This document shows positions 27,330 to 39,019 of a stretch of 64,000 nt of DNA, piece after piece. Made by a program: the position numbers and the translations under genes. The DNA is from Chiloscyllium plagiosum. Its lineage: Eukaryota. Numbering within the stretch: position 1 is the first letter of the stretch; each line of letters begins with the position of its first letter. The notes beneath the pieces were generated by a model. That model ran no database searches. It saw only the letters and a program-made list of their open reading frames with translations, and was not told where the DNA came from. Location of the stretch: positions 93,948,659-94,012,658 of the forward strand of contig NC_057719.1 in assembly GCF_004010195.1 (NCBI RefSeq), read 5' to 3'.

Positions 27330-30300
27330 TGTACATGGAGTACAGTAGGGTGTAGAGGGAGTACAGTAAGGGGCTGTGGGCACAGCCATCGTTGTACAGC
27401 GGGTACAGTGGAGGTGCTGAGGACACAGCCATGAGTGTCCGGGGAGAACAGTATGGGGATATGGACACAGCCATGGTTGCATAGCGGGTACAGTAGGGTA
27501 CTGAGTGCATAGCCGTGGGCGGACAGGGAGGACAGTTGGGGGCTGAGTGCACAGCCAGGGTGTACAGGGAGTACAGTAAGGGGCTGAGGACACGGCCACG
27601 GGTGTACAGGGAGTACAGTAGGGGACAGAGGACACAGCTGTGTGTGTATGATAAGTACAGTAAGGGGCTGAGGAAACAGCCATGGGTGTACATGGAGTAC
27701 AGTATGGGGCTGAGGGCACAGCCAAGGTATAGAGGGAGTATAGTAGGGGGCTGAGGGCACAGCCGGGGTGTACATGGAATACAGTAGTGGACTGAGGTCA
27801 CAACCAGTGTGTACAGGGAGTACAGTAGGGGGCTGTGACCAGTGTGTACAGGGAGTACAGTAGGGGGCTGTGGGTAAAGCCATCGTTGTACAGCGGGTAC
27901 AGTGGGGGGCTGAGGACACAGCAGTGAGTATACGGGTAGAACAGTATGGCGCTAGGGACACAGCCGTGGTTGTACGGGGGTACAGTAGAGTGCTGAGGGC
28001 GTAGCCGTGGGCGTACATGGAGAACAGTTGGGGGCTGAGTGAACAGCCGGTGTGCAGAGGGGGTCCAGTAGGGGGCTCAGGACGCATCAGTGGGGATACA
28101 GAAGTTGCAGCAGGTGGCTGAGGGCACAGCAGAGGGTGTACAGGGAGTACAGTAGGGGACTGAGGGCACTGCAAAGCGTGTACAGGGAGTACAGTAGGTG
28201 ACTGAGGGCACATCTGGAGTGTACAGCGGTTACGGTATGGAGCTGAGGGCACAGTCATGGTGTACAGGGAGTACAGTACGTGGCTGAGGGCACAGCTGTG
28301 TGTGCACAGGGATTATAGTAAGGCGCTGAGGGCAGAGCCATGTTTGTACAGACGTTTCATTTGGGGGCTGAGGGCACAGCTGTGCATGTATGGGGAGTAC
28401 AGTAACGGGCTGAGGACAGAGCCGGGGTGTTCAGGGAGTACAGTAGGGGGCTGAGGGCACAGCGTGTGTGTACGGAGAGAAGAGTAGGGGGCTGAGGGCA
28501 CAGCAGGGGTGGATATGGAGTACGGTAGGGGATGAGGGCTCATCTGGGGTGTACAGGGAGTACAGTAGGGGACTGAGCGCACAGCAAAGGGTCTACAGGG
28601 AGTACTGTAGGGGACTGAGGGCACATCCGGAGTGTACAGGGGGTAGAGTCGCGGGCTGAAGGCATAGCCATGGGTGTACAGAGAGTACAGTAAGAGGCTG
28701 AGGGCACAGCCGGGGTGGAGAGGGAGTACAGTAGCGGGCTGCGGGCTCATCCGGGGTGTACAAGGAGTGCAGTAGTGGGCTGAGGGCACTGCCATCGTTG
28801 TACAGGTGGGTACAGTGGGAGGCTGAGGACACAGCCATGAGTGTCTGAGGAGTACAGTGGGGGGCTTTGGACACAGCTGTAGTTGCATTGGGGATAGAGA
28901 AGGGTGCTGAGGATGCAAAAGTGGGTATACAGGGAGTACGTCGGGGGCTGAGGACACAGTAGTGGCCATCCTGGTGGAACAGTAGGGGCTGAGGATGTAG
29001 CGGTGGGTGTACGGCGTGTACAGTATGGGGCTGTGGACACAGCCGTGATTGTATAGGAGTACAGTAGGTGGCTAAGGGTACAGCGGAGCGTGTAGAAGGA
29101 GTACAGTAGAGGACTTGGGCACAGCCGGGTTGTACAGGTGGTCCAGTAGGGGGCTGATAACACAGCTGTGGGGTACAGGGAATACAGCAGGCAGCTGAGT
29201 ACACAGCGGAGGCTGCACCAGGAGTGCAGTAGGGGACTGAGTGCATAACTGTGTGTGTACAGGGGTTACAGTATGGGGCTGAGGGCACAGTCATGGCATG
29301 CAGAGTGTACAGTAGGGTGCTGAGTGCACAGCCGGGGTGTACAGGGAGTACAGTAGGGGGCTGAGGGCACAGCTGTGTGTGCACAGGGGTTACAGTAAGG
29401 GGCTGAGGGCAGAGCAATGGGTGTACAGGGGTTACAGTAGGGGGCTGAGAACACAGCTGTGCATATATGGGGAGTATAGTAACGCGCTGAGGACACAGCC
29501 AAGATGTTCAAGGAGTACAGTAGGGAGCTGAGGGCACAGCTGGGATGGATATAGGGTACAGTAGGGGACTGAGGGCTCTTCCGGGGTGTACAGAGAGTAC
29601 AGTAGGAAGCTGTGGGCACAGCCGTCATTGTACAACGGGTACAGTGGGGAGTACAGTAGGGGACTAAGGGCACATCCATAGTGTACAGGGGGTAGGGTCG
29701 GGGGCTGAGGGCATAGCCATGGGTGTATAGAGAGTAAAGAATGGGGCTGAGGGCACAGCCAGGGTGGAGAGGGAGTACAATAGTGGGCTGAGGACACTGC
29801 CATCGTTGTACAGTGGGTACAGTGGGAGACTGAGGACACAGCCATGAGTGTCCGGGGAGTAAAGTAGGGGGCTGTGGACACAGCCGTGGTTGCATAGAGG
29901 ATAGAGTATGGTGCTGAGGACGCAACAGTGGGTGTACAGGGAGTACATAGGGGACTGAGGACACAGCAGTGGCCGTCCTGGTAGAATAGTAGGGGCTAAA
30001 GATGCAGCAGTGGGTGCACAGCGAGTACAGTATGGGGCTGTTGACAGAGACTTGGTTGTATAGGAGTATAATATGGGGATGAGGGCACAGCCGGCATGTC
30101 GAGGGAGTGAGTAGGTGACTGAGGGCACAACTGGAGTGTGCATGGAGTACAGTAGGCGGCTAAGGGCACAGTAGAGTGTGTAGAGGGTGTACAGTAGGGG
30201 CTGAGGACACAGCAGTAGCCGTACTGGTAGTACAGTAGGGGGCTGAGGACACAGCTGTGTGTGTACAGGGACTACAGTAGGGGATGAGGGCATAGAAGTG

Positions 30301-33300
30301 CATGCATGGGGATTACAGTAGGGGGCAAAGGGCGCAGCCATGGGTGGACACGGGTTACAGCAGGGGTCTGAAGACACAGCTGTGCATGTATGGGGTGTAC
30401 AGTAGAGGGCTGAGGACACAGCTGGGGTGTACATGGAGTACAGAACGGGGCTGAGGGCACAGTTGTGCGTGTATGATAAGTACAGTAAGAGGCTGAAGAT
30501 ACAGCCATATATGTACAAGGAGTATAGTCGGGGGCTGAGGGCACAGCTGGGGTGTACATGGAGTACAACACGGTGCAGAGAGCACAGTCAGGGTGTAGAA
30601 GGAGTACAGTAGGGGGCTGAGGGCACAGTTATCGTTGTACAGTGGCTACAGTGGGAGGCTGAGGACACAGCCATGAGTGTACAGGGAGTATAGTAGGCGG
30701 CTGTGGACACAGCCGTGGTTGTATGAGGGGGTACAGTAGGGTGCTGAGGACGCAGCAGTGGGTATACAGGGAGTACAGTAGGGGACTGAGGACACCGCTG
30801 TGTGTGAATGTGGTGCACAGTTGGGGGCTGAGGACACAGCCGGGGTGGACAGGGAGTATAATAGGGGGCTGAGGGCACAGCTGGCTTGTCAAGGGAGTAC
30901 AGTAGGTGGCTGAGGGCACAGCTGGGGTGTACATGGAGCACGGTAAGGGGCTGAGGGCACAGCTGGGATGTAGAGGGAGTACAGTACGGGGCTGATGGCA
31001 CAGCTGGGGTGTACATGGAGTACAGTATAGGGCTGAGGGCACAACCGTGTGTGTACAGGGAGTACAGTAGGGGGCTGAAGACACAGCTGTACATGTATGG
31101 GGAGTACAGTAAGAGGCTGAGGACACAGCCATGGGTGGACATGGAGTACAATAGGGGACTGCGGGCACAGCCGTGGGTGTACACGGGTGACAGTAGGTGG
31201 CTGAGGACACCGCTGTGCGTGTATGGGCAGTACAGTAAAGGGCTGAGGACACAGCCATGGGTGTACAGGGAGTACAGTAGGGGGGTGAGGGCACAGCTGA
31301 GGTGTACATGGAGTACAGTACGGGGCTGAGGTCTCAGCCATGTGTGTACAGGGAGTACAGTAGTGGGGTGAGGGCACAGCTGAGGTGTACATGGAGTACA
31401 GTACGGGGCTGAGGACACAACCATGGGTGTACAGGGAATGTAGTAGGGGTTTGAGGGTACAGCTGGTGTGTAAATGGAGTACAGTAGGGTACTGAGGTCA
31501 CAGACAGGTTGCACAGTAGGGTACAGCAGGAGGCTGAGGACATAGGAAAGAGTTTACAGGGTGTACAGTAAGGGATTAAGGGCATAGCCGTGGGCGTACA
31601 GCAAGTACAATTGGGGGCTGAGTGCACATAGTGGGGGTAGAAGGTGTACAGCTGACGGCTGAGTGCACAGTGGAGGGTGTACAGGGGGTACAGTAGGGGA
31701 CTGATGGCACAGCAAAGGGTGTACAGCGAGTACAGCAGAGGAGTGAGGGCACATCCGGAGTGTACAGGGAGTAGAGTAGGGGGCTGAGGGCACATCCGTG
31801 TTTGTACAGGGTGCACAGTAGAAGGCTGAGAGCACTGCTGTGGGTGTACAGTGAGTACAGTATAGGGCTGAGGACACAGCCGTGTATATACAGCGGGACA
31901 ATGGTGGCTGAGGGTACAGCCACGTTGTACAGTCAATACAATAGAGGGATGAGGACACAGCCGTGGGTGTACAGGGGGTAAAGTAGAGGAGTGCGGGCAC
32001 ATCCGGAGTGTACAGGGTATAGAGTAGGGGGCTGAGGCATGGCGTGGGTGTACAGGGAGTACAGTAGGGGGCTGAGGACACATCAGTGGGGCTATTGGAA
32101 GTGCAGCAGGTGGCTGAGGGCACAGCGGAGGGTGTACAGGAAGTACAGTATGGGACTGAGTGCACAGCAAAGGGTGTACAGCGAGTACAGTCGGGGATTG
32201 GGGCACATCAGGAGTGTACAGGGGAGAGTAGGGGGCTGAGGGTATAGCCATGGGTGTACGAGGGATTAGAGTAGGGGACTGAGGGCACATTCAGAGTGAA
32301 AAGGGTGTATAGTACAGGGCTGAGGGCATAGCCGAATGTGCACAGGTAGTGCAGTTGAGGGCTGAGGGCACTGTCGGGGTGTACGGGGGTCCAGTAGGGG
32401 GCTAAGGGCACATCAGTGGGGTTACAGGGAGTACGGTAGGTGGCTAAGGGTATAGCCGTTTTTGTACAGGGAGTACTGTTGGGGTCTGAGGGCACAGCTG
32501 GGGTGTACATGGACTACAGAACGGGGCTGAGGGCACAGCCATGGGGGTACAGGGAGTACAGTAGGGGGCTGAGGGCACAACCGTGTTTGTACAGGGTGCA
32601 CAGTAGAAGGCTGAGAGCACTGCTGTAGGTGTACAGTGAGTACAGTATAGGGCTGAGGACACAGCAGTGGATATACAGCGGTACAATGGTGGCTGAGGGT
32701 ACAGCCACGTTGTACAGTCAGTACAGTAGAGGGCTGAGGACACAGCCGTGGGTGTACAGGGGGTAAAGTAGGGAGCAGATGGCTTAGCCATAGATGTACA
32801 AGCAATGCAGTTAGTGGCTGAGGACACAGCCATGGATATACAGGTGATGCAATAGTGGGCTGAGGGCACAGGCATGATGTACATTCAATACAGTAGGGGG
32901 CTGAGGGCACAGTCGTGGCTGTACGGGGAGTTCAGAAGGGGGTTGAGGACACAGCCTTGGGTGTACACAGGGTACAGTAGGAGGCTGAGGACACAGCCGT
33001 GGGTGTACAGGGAGTACAGTAGTGGGCTAAGGGCACAGCCTTGGGTGTTCAGGGAGTACAGCAGTGGGCTGAGAACACAGACATGCGTGTACAGGGCGTA
33101 CAGTAGTGGGCTGAGGGCACAGCCGGAATGTACTGGGAGGACAGTAGGGGGCTGAGGGCACAGCTGTGGGTGTACAGGTGAACATTGTGGTCTGAGGGCA
33201 CAGTCGTGTGTGTAATGGGAGTGCAGTGGATGGCTGAGGACACAGCCGTAGGTGTACAGGGGGTACAGTAGACGGCAGAGGGCATAGCCGTGGGTGTACA

Positions 33301-35344
33301 GTCAGTACAGTAGGGGGCTGAGGGCACAGACGTGGCTATACAGGGTGCACAGTAGGGGGCTGAGGACACAGCCGTGGGTGTACAGGGAGTACAGTAGTGG
33401 GCTAAGGGCACAGCCTTGGGTGTTCAGGGAGTACAGCAGTGGGCTGAGAACACAGACATGCGTGTACAGGGCGTACAGTAGTGGGCTGAGGGCACAGCCG
33501 GAATGTACTGGGAGGACAGTAGGGGGCTGAGGGCACAGCTGTGGGTGTACAGGTGAACATTGTGGTCTGAGGGCACAGTCGTGTGTGTAAGAGAGGGCGT
33601 ATAGTAGTGAGCTGAGGGCTCATCTGTGGTGTACAGGCAGTACAGTAGTGGGCTGAGGGCACTGCCATCGTTGTACAGTGGGTACAGCATGAGGCTGAGG
33701 AAACAGCCATGAGTGTCCGGGAAGTACAGTAGGGGGCTGTGGACACAGCTGTGGTTGCATAGGGGATAGTGTAGGGTGCCGAGGACGGAATAGTGGGTAT
33801 GCAGGGAGTACATCAGGGGCTGAGGACACAGCAGTGGCCGTCCTGGTAGAACAGTAGGGGCTAAGGATGCAGCAGTGGGTGTCCGGCGAGTACAGTAAGG
33901 GGCAGTGGACACAGCCGTGATTGTATAGGGAGTACAGTAGGCGGCTAAGGATACAGCGGAGTGTATAGAGGGTATACAGTAGGGGGCTGAGGAGACAGCA
34001 GTGGCCGTACTGGTAATACAATAGGGGGCTGAGGACACAGCTGTGTGTGTACAGGGAGTACAGAAGGGGATGAGGGCACAGTTGTGCATGCATGGGGAGT
34101 ACAGTAGGGGGCTGAGGGCACAGCCGTGGGTGGACAAGGGTTACAGCAGGGGGCTGAGGGCACAGCTGTGCATGTATGGGGAGTACAGTAGAGGGCTGAG
34201 GACACAGCCAGGGAGTAGAGGGAGCGCAGTAGGGGCTGAGGGCACAGCTGGGTTATACATGGAGTACAGAACGGGGCTGAGGGCACAGTTGTGGTGTACA
34301 GGGAATACAGCAAGGGGTTGAGGGCACAGCAGAGGCCTTACTGGTAGCACAGTAGGTGGCTGAGGGCACAGCTATGGGTGTACACAGGTTACAGCAGGGG
34401 GCTGAGAACACAGCCATGGGTGTACATGGAGTACAGTCGGGGGCTGAAGGCACAGCTGGGGTGTACATGGAGTACAGTATGTGGGTGAGGGCACAGCCGG
34501 CGTGTAGAGGGAGAAAAATAGGGGGCTGAGGGCACAACCGGGGTGGACATGGAGTACAGTAGTTGACTGAGGTCACAGCCGGGGTGTACACATGGTTCAG
34601 TAGGGGGCTGATGACACAGCAGTGGGGTACAGGGAGTACAGTATGCAGCTGAGTGCACAGCGGAGGGTGTACCTGGAGTGCAGTAGGGGACTGAGTGCAC
34701 AACCGTGTGTGTACGGGGGTTATGGTATGGGGCTGAGGGCACAGTCAAGGTGTACAGAGAGTACAGAAGGGTGCTGAGTGCACAGCCGATGTGTACAGGG
34801 AGTACAGTAGGAGGCTGAGGATACAGTAGTGGGTGTACAGAGAACAGTACGGTGCCTCGGGCATAGCCGGGGTGGACATGGAGAACAGTAGGGGACTGAG
34901 GGCTCATCCTTGGTGTGCAGGGACTACAGTAGGCGGTTGTGGGCACAGAGGTCGTTGTACAGCGGGTACAGTGGGGGCTGAGAACACAACCATGTGTGTA
35001 CGGGGAGTACAGTAAGGAGCTGTGGACACAGCCGTTGTTTTCCAGGGGGTGCAGTAGGGTGATGAGGACCCAGCAATTGGTATACTGGGAGTACAGTAGG
35101 GGGCTGAGGACACAGCAGTAGCTGTACTGGTAGTACAGTAGTGGTCTGAGGACACAGCTGTGTGTGTACAGGGAGCACAGCAGTGGGTGAGGGCACAGTT
35201 GTGCATGCATGGGTAGTACAGTAGGGGGCTGAGGTCACAGCCTTGGGTGTACAGGGAGTATATTAGTGGGCTGAGGACGCAGCTGTGCGTTTACACTAAG
35301 TACAGTAAAGGGGCTGAGGACACAGCCATGGGTGTACAGGGTTT

Positions 35345-35460
35345 CGTCATTCAATGTGATCATGGCTGATCATCCTGAAACAGTATCCTGTTCCTGCCTT
35401 ATGTCCGTGACCCTTGATTCCACAATCCTTGCGAGCTCTACCCAACTCATTCTTAAATGA
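35345..35460 (-). mobile_element. CR1-type 3' tail fragment inserted in the array
   Basis: Non-array sequence. Minus strand reads GGAATCAAGGGTCACGG..GGCAGGAACAGG..GATCAGCCATGATCACATTGAATG, typical of LINE/SINE tails. Confidence 0.7.
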
Positions 35461-38400
35461 AGGGGCTGATAACACAGCCATGGGTGTACACGGTGTAGCG
35501 TAGCGGGCTGAGGGCACAGTTGGGGAGTACATGGAGCACGTACGGGGCTGAGGGCACAGCCAGGGTGTATATGGAGTACAGTAGGGGACTGAACCGGGGT
35601 GTAGAGGGAGGACAGTAAGGGGCTGTGGGCACAGCCATCGTTGTACAGCCGGTACAGTGGGGGGCTGAGGACACAGCCGTGAGTGTACGGGGAGAATAGT
35701 ATGGGGATATCGACACAGCCGTGGTTACATAGCGGGTACAGTAGGGTTCTAAGGGCATAGCCGTGGGCGTACAGGGAGCACGGTTGGGGGCTGAGTGCAC
35801 GGCCAGGGTGTACAGAGGGTCCAGTAGGGGGCTGAGGACACATCAGTGGGGGTACAGGGAGTACAGCAGGCGGCTGATGGCACAGTGGAGGGTGTACAGG
35901 GAGTACAGTCGGGGACTGAGGGCACAGCAAAGGGTCTACTGGGAGTACAGTAGGGGACGAAGGGCACATCTGGAGTGTACAGGGGTTCGAGCCGTGGGCT
36001 GAATGCATAGCCATGGGTGTACAGAGATCACAGTATGGGGCTGAGGGCACAGCCGGGTTGGAGAGGGCGTATAGTAGTGAGCTGAGGGCTCATCTGTGGT
36101 GTACAGGCAGTACAGTAGTGGGCTGAGGGCACTGCCATCGTTGTACAGTGGGTACAGCATGAGGCTGAGGAAACAGCCATGAGTGTCCGGGGAGTACAGT
36201 AGGGGGCTGTGGACACAGATGTGGTTGCATAGCGGATAGTGTAGGGTGCTGAGGACGGAATAGTGGGTATACAGGGAGTACATCAGGGGCTGAGGACACA
36301 GCAGTGGCCGTCCTGGTAGAACAGTAGTGGCTAAGGATGCAGCAGTGGGTGTACGGCGAGTACAGTATGGGGCTGTGGACACAGCTGTGGTTGCATAGCG
36401 GATAGTGTAGGGTGCTGAGGACGGAATAGTGGGTATACAGGGAGTACATCAGGGGCTGAGGACACAGCAGTGGCCGTCCTGGTAGAACAGTAGTGGCTAA
36501 GGATGCAGCAGTGGGTGTACGGCGAGTACAGTATGGGGCTGTGGACACAGCTGTGGTTGCATAGCGGATAGTGTAGGGTGCTGAGGACGGAATAGTGGGT
36601 ATACAGGGAGTACATCAGGGGCTGAGGACACAGCAGTGGCCGTCCTGGTAGAACAGTAGTGGCTAAGGATGCAGCAGTGGGTGTACGGCGAGTACAGTAT
36701 GGGGCTGTGGACACAGCTGTGGTTGCATAGCGGATAGTGTAGGGTGCTGAGGACGGAATAGTGGGTATACAGGGAGTACATCAGGGGCTGAGGACACAGC
36801 AGTGGCCGTCCTGGTAGAACAGTAGTGGCTAAGGATGCAGCAGTGGGTGTACGGCGAGTACAGTATGGGGCTGTGGACACAGCCGTGGTTGTATAGGGAG
36901 TACAGAAGGCGGCTAAGGACACAGCGGAGTGTATAGAGGGTTTACAGTAGGGGGCTGAGGACACAGCAGTGGCCGTCCTGGTAGAACAGTAGTGGCTAAG
37001 GATGCAGCAGTGGGTGTACGGCGAGTACAGTATGGGGCTGTGGACACAGCAAGGACACAGCCATGGGTGTACATGGAGTACAGTCGGCGGCTGAGGGCAC
37101 AGCCGGAGTGTAGAGGGAGAAAAATAGGGGGCTGAGGGCACAACCGGGGTGTACATGGAGTACAGTAGTTGACTGAGGTCACTGCCGGGGTGTACAGGTG
37201 GTTCAGTAGGGGGCTGATGACACAGCAGTGGGGTACAGGGAGTACAGTATGCAGCTGAGTGCACAGCGGAGAGTGTACCTGGAGTGCAGTAGGTGACTGA
37301 GTGCACAACCGTGTGTGTACGGGGGTTATGGTATGGGGCTGAGGGCACAGACATGGTGTACAGAGATTACAGAAGGGTGCTGAGTGCACAGTTCGGGTGT
37401 ACAGGGAGTACAGTAGGGAGCTATGGGCACAGCCGTGGTGGATACGGAGTACAATAGGGGATGAGGGCTCATCCGGGATGTGCAGGGAGTACAGCAGGGG
37501 ACTGAGGGCGCAGCAAAGGGTCTACAGGGAGTAAAATAGGAGACTGAGGGCACATCCGGACTGTACAGGGGGTAGAGTCACGATCTGAAGGCATAGCCAT
37601 GGGTGTACAGAGAGTACAGTATGGGGCTGAGTGCACAGCTGGGGTGGAGAGGGAGTACAGTAATGGGCTGAAGAATCATCTGTGGTGTACAGGGAGTACA
37701 GTAGTGGGCTGAGGGCACTGCCATCGTTGTACAGTGGGAGGCTGAGGACACAACCGTGGGGGTGTACAGTGAGTATAGTAGGGGGCTATGGGCACAGCAT
37801 TCGGTGTACAGGGAGTACAGCAGTAGGCTGAGAACACAGACATGGGTGTACAGGGAGTACAGTAGGGTGCTGAGGGCACAGGCAGGGTGTACTGGAAGTA
37901 CAGTAGAGGGCTGAGGGCACAGCTGTGAGTGTACAGGTGAACGTTGAGGTCTGAAGACCCAGCCGTGTGTGTACTGGGAGTACAGTAGGTGGCTGAGGAG
38001 ACAGCCGTGGGTGTACAGGGGGTCAGTAGAGGGCATAGGGCATAGCTGTGGGTGTACAAGGAGTGCGGTTGGTGGCTGAGGACACAGCCATGCGTATACA
38101 GGGGGTACAATAGGGGGCTGAGGGTACAGCCACGGAGTACAGTCAGTACAGTAGATGGCTGAGGGAACAGTCATGGCTGTACGGGGAGCACAGAAGTGGG
38201 CTGAGGACACAGCCGTGGGTGTACAGGGAGTACAGTAGGAGGCTGAGGACACAGGTGTGGGTGTACAGGAAGTACAGTAGGAGGCTGAGGACAAAGCCTT
38301 GCGTGTACAGGGAGTACAGTAGGGGGCTGAGGGCACAGCTGTGGTTGTACTGGTGAACAATGGGTGACTGAGGGCCCAGCCATGTGTGTATTGGGAGTGC

Positions 38401-39019
38401 AGGAGGTGGCTGAGGATACAGCCGTGGGTTTACATGTAGTTCAGCAGGTGTTAGAGGGCACAGCCACTCGTGTACAGGGTGTACAGTAGGGGGCTGTAGA
38501 CACAGCCGTGTGAGCGCACGGAGTACAGTAGGGAGCAAAATGCACAGTCTTGGGTGTACAGGGAGTGCGGTAGGTAGCTGAGGACATAGCCCTGGGTTTA
38601 CATGTAGTACAGTAGGGGACTGAGGGCACAGCCACTCATGTACAGAGAGTACAGTAGGGGGCTGAGGACACAACCGTGGGAGTACAGAAAGTAAAGTAGG
38701 GGCTGAGAGCACAGCCGTGGGTGTACAGGGAGTACAGTAGGGGCTGAGGCCACAGCCTTGGGTGTACTGCTGGAGTGTACAGGGAGTCAGTAGGGGGCTG
38801 AGGGCACAGCTGTGGGTGTACAGCGTGTACAGTATGGGGCTAAGGTCACAGCCGGGATGGACAAGGAGCACCGTAGGAGGCAGAGGACACAGCCATGGGT
38901 GTTTAAGGAATATAGTAGGGTACTGAGGTCACAGCCATATGTGTAAAGGGAATACAGTTGGGGGCTGTGGATACAGCCGTGTGTGTATGGGGAGTACAGC
39001 AGGGGGCTAAGGACGCAGC

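Noticed and set aside
19807-38871. Dozens of long Cys/Pro/Tyr-rich ORFs (keratin-associated or mucin-like appearance)
   Set aside because: The 42-bp monomer has no stop in any minus-strand frame, and frames shift at frequent 1-nt indels, so the ORFs are by-products of the repeat.
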